Shown one piece after another: positions 45,648-54,811 of a DNA stretch of 64,000 bases. The DNA is from Klebsiella phage FKP3. The notes below the pieces were generated by a model. The model saw nothing but the letters and a program-made list of their open reading frames with translations, did no database searches and had not been told where the DNA came from. Position 1 is the first letter of the stretch. Each line of letters opens with the position of its first letter. The stretch lies in sequence record PP895363.1; one strand, given 5' to 3'. A program made the translations under genes and the position numbers.

Positions 45648-46310
45648 ATGAAATACGTACTTTATCATCGTCTATCTAAAAGAAAACAACAAGGTAATCA
45701 ATACGGTATTGAAGCTCAAGAGATTGACATTCAAAGATTTCTTGATACTCAAGAAGATTGCACTGTTATTGGTAGTTTTGCTGAGTACTATACGGGTAAA
45801 GGCGACTGGCGTCAGCGTAGGGAACTTGTTAAAGCTGTTAACCTATGTAAGCAAACAGGAGCCACCTTAGTTGTTGCTAAGGTTGACCGTTTAGGACGTA
45901 ACACAGCATCCGTTGCAGCTTTGCTGGAAATGATACAAGTGCGTGTAGCTACAATGCCTTCCGCAGAAAACATGATCATTAATATTCTTGCAGTTCTTGC
46001 AGAAGAGGAAGCAAAAGGAATCTCTGATCGTGTTAAGAAAAGTTTAAAAGTAGCTAAAGAGAAAGGCACTCTCTTAGGTGCTGCTAATGAAAAATACCAT
46101 AGAACAGATTACTCGAAGAAGGAACATACTAAGTACTCTTTGGAGTGGGCAGAAGAATTTAAACCATTGTTAACTGCATACAGATCTCAAAACATGCCAT
46201 TTTTAACTATTTCAAAAAGGTTAAATGAGGCAGGCAAAAAAACAATAAGAGGTGCAGCTTTCGATGCAAAAGCAGTACAACGTTTATGTCACAAATTAGA
46301 AATAAGTTGA
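45648..46310 (+). CDS. small serine recombinase (resolvase/invertase family)
   Basis: YHRLSKRKQQ (catalytic Ser motif YxRxSxxxQ) and LVVAKVDRLGRN (resolvase signature); 220 aa with a C-terminal HTH-like region. Confidence 0.55.
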   Translation: MKYVLYHRLSKRKQQGNQYGIEAQEIDIQRFLDTQEDCTVIGSFAEYYTGKGDWRQRRELVKAVNLCKQTGATLVVAKVDRLGRNTASVAALLEMIQVRVATMPSAENMIINILAVLAEEEAKGISDRVKKSLKVAKEKGTLLGAANEKYHRTDYSKKEHTKYSLEWAEEFKPLLTAYRSQNMPFLTISKRLNEAGKKTIRGAAFDAKAVQRLCHKLEIS

Positions 46311-46516
46311 GGAGACCTATGGAATCATTACACGAAGAACAAATTACAAAAACGTTCTTATCTATGCGAGAAGCACTTGATTATATCCAGTTTATCGCAA
46401 AAGATAGGGTTTTAATAGAAACTTCTCCAAATGGTTGGAATGTTTCTTATATGGCAACCAGATGTACTGTAACATCTCCTACGGAAGGAAGTACTGAGGT
46501 AGATGTTACTAGTTAA
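46286..46516 (+). CDS. hypothetical protein, 76 aa
   Basis: ORF. Confidence 0.3.
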   Translation: MSQIRNKLRRPMESLHEEQITKTFLSMREALDYIQFIAKDRVLIETSPNGWNVSYMATRCTVTSPTEGSTEVDVTS

Positions 46517-46525
46517 GGAGCACAT

Positions 46526-47098
46526 ATGCCTTTGGCTTTTAATGGTAAAATAAACACAGACAGCATCTTAAAAGCTGTCGCAATCCTACAAAATAATTTT
46601 AAAACTTATAATCTACCTATTTGTGTAGACTTTGATCATGTCTTTGATCAGAATTCTCCTACTAAGTGTATAGCTCGTAGTAATATTGATAATCCAAAAG
46701 AGAATTTGTTTTATGTAACAAATCCTTCTCAAGCTGTTATTAATCAAGTAAGATCTGGGTTATTGACGAGTGGTAAGTACTTTTCATTACTTCCTTGTCG
46801 ATCATTATCTTTAGAAGATACAACACACTATTCAAATAGTTTAATAGTAACTGCATATGTTGTAGCAGAAACAGATCCTATCGCAGAACTTGCAAGAGAA
46901 GTAAAATCATTGTATAATGCTATGGGGATAGCATATACTATATTTACATGCGAGGATATGACTCATTGTATGGAGTTCATTGTAAATGGTATTGTTGTAT
47001 GTCGTGTGGAATGCTATGCAGTAAATGAGAAATATATAGCTGTTGCAACTGTTATTGTCGAGCCTACCTTCAGCTACGCTGTTGGAATGACTTATTGA
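46526..47098 (+). CDS. hypothetical protein, 190 aa
   Basis: ORF. Confidence 0.3.
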   Translation: MPLAFNGKINTDSILKAVAILQNNFKTYNLPICVDFDHVFDQNSPTKCIARSNIDNPKENLFYVTNPSQAVINQVRSGLLTSGKYFSLLPCRSLSLEDTTHYSNSLIVTAYVVAETDPIAELAREVKSLYNAMGIAYTIFTCEDMTHCMEFIVNGIVVCRVECYAVNEKYIAVATVIVEPTFSYAVGMTY

Positions 47099-47107
47099 GG
47101 AGAAAAA

Positions 47108-47844
47108 GTGAAACTTTATGAATTTATTAAATTGGAGGATGATAAAGACTTATTTATCATAGGGGATTTACACGGATGTTACGATCTCTATAAAAAGGAG
47201 AAAGAGTTTTAGGAATTAGAGATACAGATTATGTTATTTCTCTCGGAGATCTTACTGACAGGGGTAAACAAAATCTGCGATGTGTAATTGAATTCACACG
47301 TAAGTCTAACCGTTTTGCTATCCGTGGTAATCATGAAGATATGCTAATTAAAGGCATGTTAGAAGGTAGTAGAGATTACTATGAATGTTGGTATCAGAAT
47401 GGTGGTCATACTGTTTGGAGTGAGCTTGGGGAAGATGGTGTTAGTCTACTAGCGACAATGGTAGAAAATCTCCCCGTTGTTTTAGTAGTAGAACATAGAG
47501 GTAAAAAGTTAGCATTTATACATGGAGGTTATCCTTCTGCTTATGAATATTTACCAGTAATAGAGATACCTAATCTAGGATTATCTAAGGAAAAGGAAAA
47601 TATTTTTGCAGAGTCTTTAATGTGGGATAGGGATATGATTTCCTGTGCTCAGGAGGGGATTTCTTTGCCTGAAGTATTAGGCGTAGACTATGTGTTTCAT
47701 GGTCACTCTTATGTACCTGAACCATTAATAAATGCTAATCGTATATACATGGACACAGGAAGTGTATTCAATAACAACCTCACCTTCACATATTTTAATA
47801 TGGAAGGAGAATTACAATTTTATTCAACTCTTGAGGAGGATTAG
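47108..47844 (+). pseudogene. lambda-type Ser/Thr protein phosphatase interrupted by a frameshift in a short A-run (or a sequencing error or programmed shift)
   Basis: GTG start with SD GAGGAG: VKLYEFIKLEDDKDLFIIGDLHGCYDLYKKEKEF* then, in the -1 frame, ...GIRDTDYVISLGDLTDRG...RGNHE...; the frame change lies in tataAAAAggagaaag around 47190-47205. Confidence 0.5.
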
Positions 47845-47863
47845 TGGTTACAATCAATAATAG

Positions 47864-48013
47864 CCAACTCAAAGATGAACACAACTATTGTCCACATTGT
47901 GGCGGGTTAGTTAACTTCAAAGAATGTCGTGTTCTTTTGGTTAGCCCTCCGATCAGACAATACTATTGCTCAAGCTGCCACAAAGTGGCAATATCTATTA
48001 GAGGAGATTAAAT
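47864..48013 (+). CDS. Zn-ribbon protein, 50 aa
   Basis: GTG start after GAGGAGGA; CPHCG...CSSCH. Confidence 0.3.
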
Positions 48014-48266
48014 GTACAAAATAACAATCAAAGAAACTGTCGGTGAAGTGACTAAAGAAACCACTATCGAGACAGACAACCTTGAATTAGCCAAAGAGAT
48101 TTTGGTATCCGAGGAAATTATCAAAGTGGAGACAGATGTCCCTAATGAAAGCATTGATCCAGATGTAACGAAGCTAAGAGACATTTGGAAACAGCAAATC
48201 GAAGATATTTGGAAAAATCCACAAATACCTTATACTCTAGGTAATCCTTTTACTGTTACCTGTTAA
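48012..48266 (+). CDS. hypothetical acidic protein, 84 aa
   Basis: ORF. Confidence 0.3.
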   Translation: MYKITIKETVGEVTKETTIETDNLELAKEILVSEEIIKVETDVPNESIDPDVTKLRDIWKQQIEDIWKNPQIPYTLGNPFTVTC

Positions 48267-48275
48267 GGTGACATT

Positions 48276-48848
48276 ATGCAAGGATTATTTTATACTGGTG
48301 TAGGAAGTAGAGATATTTCCGATGAAGAATGGGATATAATGGTTGCTGTTGCTAAATGGTTAGCACAGTGGCTTAAGTTAAGATCAGGTAAGGCAGGAGG
48401 CTCCGATTCTGCATTCGAGTATGGTGTGTCCTTGTCCAACTTTCCTGATAATAAAGAAATTTACATTCCGTGGCCTAAATTTGAAGGTAATGAAATAGCA
48501 GGGGAGAAAATTTGTCTTGACAGCCCTGATACAATGAACTACGCTATAAGCGTTAAATATGCAAAAGAAATACACCCAGCTTGGGATAGATTATCTCAAG
48601 GGGCTAAGAAATTGCATCAACGTAATGTTCATCAGGTGCTAGGGAGAGATTTAGAAAATCCTGTTCCCTCTTTATTTTTATTGGCTTGTTCAGATGTAGA
48701 TAAAAATGGGGATGCAAAAGGAGGGACTAGAACTGCATGGATGTTAGCAAAACAGTTTAATATCCCTTGCTTTAACATACGAGGTAAAAGTAAACGGGAA
48801 ATCTTTGAATTCATTAAACCTATTCTAGAGGAGACAATTAATGCTTGA
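48276..48848 (+). CDS. Rossmann-fold DprA/Smf-like (SLOG-type) protein (putative)
   Basis: YTGVGSRDISDEEW glycine-rich motif; 190 aa. Confidence 0.25.
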   Translation: MQGLFYTGVGSRDISDEEWDIMVAVAKWLAQWLKLRSGKAGGSDSAFEYGVSLSNFPDNKEIYIPWPKFEGNEIAGEKICLDSPDTMNYAISVKYAKEIHPAWDRLSQGAKKLHQRNVHQVLGRDLENPVPSLFLLACSDVDKNGDAKGGTRTAWMLAKQFNIPCFNIRGKSKREIFEFIKPILEETINA

Positions 48849-49362
48849 AGCATGTCTGAGAGGAGGAGAACGTACTAATGTGAGTCATATGCATCACGAT
48901 CTCGTAGATTTAACTAAGACTATCCAAGGGCGTGTACGAGATACCCTTCACCAAGGTACTCGTTTTGTTATGGACAAAGTAGACTTTCTTTATCATAATT
49001 GCGATGTCTTCTTGACACGAGATAATGTTGCATATACTATTCCATTTTATCCGCTAGATAAAGATTTAAGTCAACAAGAGATTGAAGATATTAATCTTCA
49101 TTTCTTAGGGTATGTTCCATTTGAAAACACTGTACTACAAACATTCACTACCGTGATGGTGAATGAGATTTTACGTGCAATTGTTCGTGAGTTAGATAAC
49201 GGAGCACAAAAAGTAGCTGTGCATTTTGCTCCTGCTGATACTATCCAGTATGCAGGGACTACAGCGTATCCTTTATATGGGTTCATTTCAAATAATACCC
49301 TGCAAATGGAAACTTCTTTCTTCATTGAAATTATTAAAGAATCAGAAGGAGTGAACAAATGA
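48841..49362 (+). CDS. hypothetical protein, 173 aa
   Basis: ORF. Confidence 0.3.
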   Translation: MLEACLRGGERTNVSHMHHDLVDLTKTIQGRVRDTLHQGTRFVMDKVDFLYHNCDVFLTRDNVAYTIPFYPLDKDLSQQEIEDINLHFLGYVPFENTVLQTFTTVMVNEILRAIVRELDNGAQKVAVHFAPADTIQYAGTTAYPLYGFISNNTLQMETSFFIEIIKESEGVNK

Positions 49363-49517
49363 AAACTATCGAGCAACTGATTGCAGAAAAGTTAGAAGAA
49401 GCTATTGTTATGGCTCGTGCTGAGGGTTTAGGGCATGATTATTTCAACATTGCTTTAGAAGATGGGGAAAATGTTGAAGTAAATGTTTCTTGGCGTAGTT
49501 CTTCTTATGATTGTTAA
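49359..49517 (+). CDS. small acidic protein, member 1 of the W-x-SSS-x-C C-terminal-tail family (52 aa)
   Basis: SD GAAGGAGTGAACAA-ATG; ends ...VNVSWRSSSYDC*. Confidence 0.4.
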   Translation: MKTIEQLIAEKLEEAIVMARAEGLGHDYFNIALEDGENVEVNVSWRSSSYDC

Positions 49518-49532
49518 CTAGGGGAGGGTTGT

Positions 49533-49817
49533 ATGGCAGGCTTAGAACATTCTTTTGTGGAGTCTTGGGAAGGCTGGGATGAGGTAGGTAGTGCTGGTGA
49601 TCTTTGTTTTTATGATTGTAAACTTCTACCGCATATCCAAGATATTGCTCCCGAAGGTACAAAGCATACAGTCATGATTTTTCTAATGAGTGAATCAACT
49701 GTACAATTTGATTTTTATTCACACTATGGGGATGAAGACCGTTGCGACGGTTACTTAGGAAGTAAAGCATTTAAAATTAAAGCAGTATTGGAAGAGGAGA
49801 TACCTTGTGAAGAATAA
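49533..49817 (+). CDS. hypothetical acidic protein, 94 aa
   Basis: ORF. Confidence 0.3.
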   Translation: MAGLEHSFVESWEGWDEVGSAGDLCFYDCKLLPHIQDIAPEGTKHTVMIFLMSESTVQFDFYSHYGDEDRCDGYLGSKAFKIKAVLEEEIPCEE

Positions 49818-50229
49818 ATATGTGGCTGGGCAAGTATTCGAAGATAATTGGGGTGATGAAGTAGCTCGCATTGTGTTTGCTGATGGTGTTTGGTCTAGTG
49901 ATGAAGATCAAGCAGCATATCTGGAGGAAGTTGGAGAACTTCCTAACGATCTTGTATCTCCAATTCTTTATGAATTTATGTATCACGACGAGTATGTAGA
50001 CGGTACTCGATCTATTAAAGAGTTTGTAAGGGAAAATGGTTTAATCGATGTAGCAGAACGGGAACAGAAAGATCGTGAACGTCAGCATATTATTGATACC
50101 TTAGTTGCAATGGGTGTTGATACTTCAGACTTCATCGTCTCAGAAGGCCGTGCATATATTGGAGCACAAGAATGTGAAGATTATATTCAAGGGACTCATG
50201 CCTGGTGCTCTAGTAGCATGACTTGTTAA
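49807..50229 (+). CDS. acidic protein, family member 2 (140 aa)
   Basis: Ends ...GTHAWCSSSMTC*. Confidence 0.4.
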   Translation: MKNKYVAGQVFEDNWGDEVARIVFADGVWSSDEDQAAYLEEVGELPNDLVSPILYEFMYHDEYVDGTRSIKEFVRENGLIDVAEREQKDRERQHIIDTLVAMGVDTSDFIVSEGRAYIGAQECEDYIQGTHAWCSSSMTC

Positions 50230-50238
50230 GGGGATAAA

Positions 50239-50676
50239 ATGTATAATAACATTGACAACCTTCGTGTAGGTGAAGATTACTACGATCTGAGTAGCGGCGA
50301 ATATAAATTTACCGTTTTGTTCTTGGGTGATGAAGATGAGCGGCTTCATGTGGAAGGTATTCCTCTCGAAGTTAAACCTTATTGGACAGATGATTACATG
50401 CTGACCACATGGGCTTATAACAAAGAGACTATGGAACCTATTCAGGAAGATGCAATCTATGATTATTGCTACAACAATGTTATGGTGAGTAAAGAACGCC
50501 TGGATGAAATCAACACTGCTAAACAGGTGCTGATGAATCTCTGGGAAGAATCTGGTATCCAAGAACCTTTCGTCTACGAAGACGGAAAGTTTAGTGTAGG
50601 TAAAGAGCAAGTTCTTTCAGCGCACATTAACGCTGGATATGAGCATGGTTGGATTTCAAGTAGTATTTGCTGGTAA
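50239..50676 (+). CDS. acidic protein, family member 3 (145 aa)
   Basis: Ends ...EHGWISSSICW*. Confidence 0.4.
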   Translation: MYNNIDNLRVGEDYYDLSSGEYKFTVLFLGDEDERLHVEGIPLEVKPYWTDDYMLTTWAYNKETMEPIQEDAIYDYCYNNVMVSKERLDEINTAKQVLMNLWEESGIQEPFVYEDGKFSVGKEQVLSAHINAGYEHGWISSSICW

Positions 50677-50691
50677 TAATAGGAGATAAAA

Positions 50692-50886
50692 ATGAGTGAA
50701 TTTAAAACAGTAAGTGAAGCAGTAGCTGCCGCATATGCAGCACTAGAAGAAGCGCAGCGCCTGTCTCTGGAAACTGGAGAGGGTTTCAGTTTTAACCCAG
50801 CTTACGGTATGGGTGGTTGCTTTGACCCAGAAGAAGAAAATGAGTATACTGGTGATAACTGGTTCCCGTCTTCTCTTGGTTGTTAA
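50692..50886 (+). CDS. acidic protein, family member 4 (64 aa)
   Basis: Ends ...GDNWFPSSLGC*. Confidence 0.4.
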   Translation: MSEFKTVSEAVAAAYAALEEAQRLSLETGEGFSFNPAYGMGGCFDPEEENEYTGDNWFPSSLGC

Positions 50887-50895
50887 GGAGATAAA

Positions 50896-51120
50896 ATGAG
50901 TCGAGATATTGACGCTGTAATGGCAAAAGCTTTAGAAGCGCAGAAGACCATCCGTGAACTTGAAGAACTAGCTCATCAGAACGATTTCGGTTTTGAGATC
51001 ACTTGTAGCGGAGAAATGACCTTCGAAGATTGGCAGTCTTCTGATTGTTTTGGCGAAGGAAATTCCGAAACGTTTGGAGTGTACGCAGATGGATCAGTCT
51101 GGGTCACGTCCAGTTGCTAA
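50896..51120 (+). CDS. acidic protein, family member 5 (74 aa)
   Basis: Ends ...DGSVWVTSSC*. Confidence 0.4.
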   Translation: MSRDIDAVMAKALEAQKTIRELEELAHQNDFGFEITCSGEMTFEDWQSSDCFGEGNSETFGVYADGSVWVTSSC

Positions 51121-51184
51121 TGAATTGCTCTGGTCATTCCTGATGCCAGAGCTAAACTTAATCGCAGAAGCAGAGGAGAAGAAA

Positions 51185-51454
51185 ATGGAAAAACGTGATT
51201 ACGATAAAGAAATTCAAGAGCTGACTAAAGCCGCAGAAGAATATGTGGAGACGGTGAAAGATCAGATCGCCGCTTTGGCTGACGAGGGTGGTGTACAAGC
51301 CTACTGGGGTGAATATGGGGAAAATGGACAAACATATTATCCTAAAGGTACAGATATTGAAGAATATTACCTGGGCTGGCGAGCAAGTGAATATGCCGAT
51401 GAGGAAGGTAAACTAACTCAAGGTATCTGGGTGTCTTCTTCAGAAATGTGTTAA
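51185..51454 (+). CDS. acidic protein, family member 6 (89 aa from the internal ATG with SD GAGGAGAAGAAA)
   Basis: Ends ...TQGIWVSSSEMC*; the track ORF 51050..51454 is in the same frame. Confidence 0.4.
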   Translation: MEKRDYDKEIQELTKAAEEYVETVKDQIAALADEGGVQAYWGEYGENGQTYYPKGTDIEEYYLGWRASEYADEEGKLTQGIWVSSSEMC

Positions 51455-51465
51455 ATGACAAGAAC

Positions 51466-51492
51466 CCGCTTCGGCGGGTTTTTTATTGTCTA
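51466..51492 (+). terminator. strong rho-independent terminator
   Basis: ACCCGCttcgGCGGGT followed by tttttatt. Confidence 0.6.
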
Positions 51493-51555
51493 AGTATTGA
51501 CATTGGTTATAATACTAAGTAAACTCTATCTATCATTTAAGAGAGGAGAAACATT
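51493..51555 (+). promoter_or_regulatory. putative promoter (TTGACA ... TAAACT) upstream of 51556
   Basis: tatTGACAttggttataatactaagTAAACTctatc. Confidence 0.3.
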
Positions 51556-52485
51556 ATGATTATGGTTGGTAGCCGTGGTTTAGAGATTCAATTAGAACGG
51601 GAGGCTAAGAAATTTTATCGCCCTTGTCTTGATCTTGACTTTCTTTGCACAGAGAAGGAGTGGAGTATAGCATTCATCCGTTACACCCACGAAGAAGGGG
51701 TTGAGCTTGTGGAACGTACTGGCAACAAAGGTCATGTCAAACTAACAGATGGGACACATATCGAGTTTGATATTGCTCAACCGGGCGATAGCACAGATAT
51801 TCTGATCCAATATTGCAAGGCAAGCCCACAGAGTATGTTCCTTAACAACGGTGATTTCGTGGCTCCGGTAGATGTTCTGTATCTTCTGAAAATGAGTCAT
51901 CGTTATAAGAAGAACAGTCCACACTTTTTCAAGACCATGAACGACATTCATTTCATGCGCTCTCTTGGGGCTAAAATTCCGCCGGAGTTAGAAGAAGTAT
52001 TCAAACTGCGTGAGAAAGAAACCTATAACTATTCTCACCCAAACCTGGATGTGAAGAGCAAAGACTTCTTCAAAGGCGACGAAGTACCATATGTGTACGA
52101 TCACGACACCATTCACGAAGCGGTGGCAGTGCTCGGTGTTCCTGCATACAAATCGTATATGAAAGATGATAGCGAAGTGATGACCTCCAAAGAGAAGTTC
52201 TTTGAGCAGGAGAATCATATCCGTCTTCTCGGTGTGTACGAAGAAAGCTGTGTCTTAGCACTGGAACGTTCGCAGATCCCTTTTAATTTTGAAGTTCCTG
52301 CTCGTCAGAGTTTTGTTATGGCTTTGAGCAAGGTTTGCACCTCTATAACGTCAGGCTGGTTTAGGGAATATGCCTACGAAAATTTCCACGTAGTTATGAA
52401 GTTCTACGAATCTATGGGTGAGGATGATTATATTGAGCGTTTCAAGGCTAACAGTCACATGGTTAAACCATTTCAAGGAGATTGA
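51556..52485 (+). CDS. hypothetical protein, 309 aa
   Basis: SD GAGAGGAGAAACATT-ATG. Confidence 0.35.
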   Translation: MIMVGSRGLEIQLEREAKKFYRPCLDLDFLCTEKEWSIAFIRYTHEEGVELVERTGNKGHVKLTDGTHIEFDIAQPGDSTDILIQYCKASPQSMFLNNGDFVAPVDVLYLLKMSHRYKKNSPHFFKTMNDIHFMRSLGAKIPPELEEVFKLREKETYNYSHPNLDVKSKDFFKGDEVPYVYDHDTIHEAVAVLGVPAYKSYMKDDSEVMTSKEKFFEQENHIRLLGVYEESCVLALERSQIPFNFEVPARQSFVMALSKVCTSITSGWFREYAYENFHVVMKFYESMGEDDYIERFKANSHMVKPFQGD

Positions 52486-53175
52486 ATGAGTAGAGTAGTA
52501 TGGTCGTTGTTTGACGGTAGTGGTATCATGGTACTGCCTTGGGCAGAAGCAGGGTATCGCTGTTTCTGCTTTAACGCTGAGAATGGAGATCATGGTTCCT
52601 ATGAGAGCAGGGTTCGCCACCCTTTAATCACTTATGTTGACTGTTGGATTGATAAAGATTTCAACCCCGAAGGTTTTTATCTAGACCTCTGTCATCCAAT
52701 CAATAAACCAAATATTATTTTCGGATTTCCTCCTTGCACGATGTTAGCTGGTAGTGGAGAACAACACGAGCGTACTGTGGAGGAAATCCAAGAAGCCTTA
52801 GAGAACGTCCGTATTGTCGAAACTCTGGGAGATAAATACAGCGTGCCGTGGATGATTGAGAACCCAGTGGGTAAACTATCCACATTATGGCGTAAACCGG
52901 ATTATTACTTCGATCCATATGAGTTTGGTGGTTATCTCCGTAAAGAGGAAGGTAGTTATCATCCTAAGATGCCAGCACAGGATGCTTATACGAAGAAAAC
53001 TTGTCTTTGGGTGGGAAATGGTTTTATCTTCCCGGAGAAACGTGCTGTAGAACATATTGGCTTCTTTTGGGCCTGGAAATATTTAGGTGGGAAGAGCCAG
53101 AAAACTAAACAGTTGCGATCTCTCACCCCTCGTGGTTTTGCTCGCGCAGTATTCGAAGCTAATAGAGGTGTATAA
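52486..53175 (+). CDS. short DNA cytosine-5 methyltransferase-like protein (229 aa)
   Basis: LFDGSGIMVLPWAEAGY (motif I-like FxGxG), GFPPCTMLAGSG (motif IV PC) and ENPVGKL (motif VI ENV-like); too short for a canonical target-recognition domain. Confidence 0.4.
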   Translation: MSRVVWSLFDGSGIMVLPWAEAGYRCFCFNAENGDHGSYESRVRHPLITYVDCWIDKDFNPEGFYLDLCHPINKPNIIFGFPPCTMLAGSGEQHERTVEEIQEALENVRIVETLGDKYSVPWMIENPVGKLSTLWRKPDYYFDPYEFGGYLRKEEGSYHPKMPAQDAYTKKTCLWVGNGFIFPEKRAVEHIGFFWAWKYLGGKSQKTKQLRSLTPRGFARAVFEANRGV

Positions 53176-53330
53176 TGGAGGCCGTAGTAGCACTGTTAGA
53201 GCTATTGTCAAAGTTTACCAGTGACCCGACTATATTTAAATATCGATGGATAAAATATACTACATGGTTGCTGGTATCTTTGCTATGCTTAGCAGGAATA
53301 TTAAGTTTATATTACTAAGATAATTTCTAC
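53175..53330 (+). CDS. small membrane protein, 51 aa
   Basis: SD AGGTGTATA-ATG; hydrophobic C-terminal half. Confidence 0.25.
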
Positions 53331-53339
53331 GGAGGTAGT

Positions 53340-53522
53340 ATGGCAGAACCAGTGACACTAGAAGATGGGAAGATTGAAACATTTATTTTAACAGTAGGCG
53401 GAAAAGAATTTAGTTGTAAGTGCGGTTGTAATTGTTTCCATAAACCGGACAATACTAAATTAAACATATATGAGTGTAACAGTTGCAAAACTCGTTACAA
53501 AAGTTTGGAGAGCAAACAATGA
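53340..53522 (+). CDS. Zn-ribbon protein, 60 aa
   Basis: CKCGCNC...CNSC cysteine pairs. Confidence 0.3.
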   Translation: MAEPVTLEDGKIETFILTVGGKEFSCKCGCNCFHKPDNTKLNIYECNSCKTRYKSLESKQ

Positions 53523-54178
53523 CAAAGAAACTGGTGGCGTATCAAGTTGATCGCGATGATTACGAAGGTAGCGTAGTTGTATTTGACTCTAACGGTTTGG
53601 CAGCTCGCCGTCGTGGAGCTTGTATGCTCGATATTGGCGGCGATGACGAATATTGCCGCGTCCATCGTGTGAAAGAATTTGACCAATATGCAGAAAAGGG
53701 TTATGTTCCTTATAAAGCTTTTTTGGAGCATGGTTGGTGGATGTACTCTGCACATGATAACAAAGAACTGCGCGAAGCTTGGGAAGGATATAATGGCGAA
53801 GAGGAAAACGATGATTACTACACGTATATCTATGATCCTCTGAAACTCGTGTTTTTCCAGAACGAACAGGGTGTTTGGTTGGATTGGGATGAGATGGAAC
53901 GTCATGCCTATTACATCAACGAGGCGAAAGATCGTCTTGATTGGTGGATTGAAACAGTCATGCGTTGCTATCCACAGCTCACCTTTACCAAGTTTGAGGG
54001 TGGCCCTGGACGTATCACTCACACTGCGGAATACACTTTCCCTGGTGCGAAGTATGGTGGTCATGTTCGTTGGGATTGGAAAGAAGGTGTAACCCCAGAC
54101 CCGAAGGAAGACTTCTCCTGTTGGATTGCTAATGGAGACAAAGAAACATTTGACAACTACATGAAAACTGTGGTATAG
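53483..54178 (+). CDS. hypothetical protein, 231 aa
   Basis: ORF. Confidence 0.3.
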   Translation: MQNSLQKFGEQTMTKKLVAYQVDRDDYEGSVVVFDSNGLAARRRGACMLDIGGDDEYCRVHRVKEFDQYAEKGYVPYKAFLEHGWWMYSAHDNKELREAWEGYNGEEENDDYYTYIYDPLKLVFFQNEQGVWLDWDEMERHAYYINEAKDRLDWWIETVMRCYPQLTFTKFEGGPGRITHTAEYTFPGAKYGGHVRWDWKEGVTPDPKEDFSCWIANGDKETFDNYMKTVV

Positions 54179-54193
54179 TGTTCAAAATTAATA

Positions 54194-54222
54194 AAAGCCC
54201 CTTTTTTGGGGCTTTATTTGTA
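54194..54222 (+). terminator. rho-independent terminator
   Basis: AAGCCCCtttttttGGGGCTT followed by tatttgt. Confidence 0.5.
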
Positions 54223-54811
54223 TGGAGGATTTATGGAATTTGATGATATGTTGGCTTATGAGGAGGCTTGTGTGAAAGAGGCACTATCTTTACCAGATTT
54301 AGAGATTACAATTACTGTCTATGACACTTTCTCAGATTGTGAAACCTGTGGTTCATATGGTAGCACTGTTCTAGAAGTAGATGGTGATCTAGGTATAACA
54401 GTCAGTGGTGATCACGCAGGTTGTTTTGGTAGTAACGACGATGGTAGCTATTACGATATTGCTCAGTGGATTAACACTAAGCTCGAAGAACATGGTCGTC
54501 CAGTTCCTACGCTACTGACACCGGAAGCCAAGGATCAAGCTGACGAGGAATACTACGCACAAGCTGCTTTGGTGAAGTATGATTACAACCACCCTTCTTT
54601 AGAGGCATTAGGTCATAAAGCGGGTTGCCTTTCAGATGCTTTTGACGCATACTACACGTTAGATAACCTAAGACGTTTGTACGCAGCTTTTGGTCTGATT
54701 ATCCATGACGACTACAAAGCTGATGAAATTTACAGTGCCAGTGATTGGGGTGATTATAATGACGATGAGGAGGAAGAATGCCAAGAGATTCCTTACGACC
54801 AAGGAAGTTAA
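54206..54811 (+). CDS. hypothetical acidic protein, 201 aa
   Basis: ORF. Confidence 0.3.
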   Translation: MGLYLYGGFMEFDDMLAYEEACVKEALSLPDLEITITVYDTFSDCETCGSYGSTVLEVDGDLGITVSGDHAGCFGSNDDGSYYDIAQWINTKLEEHGRPVPTLLTPEAKDQADEEYYAQAALVKYDYNHPSLEALGHKAGCLSDAFDAYYTLDNLRRLYAAFGLIIHDDYKADEIYSASDWGDYNDDEEEECQEIPYDQGS

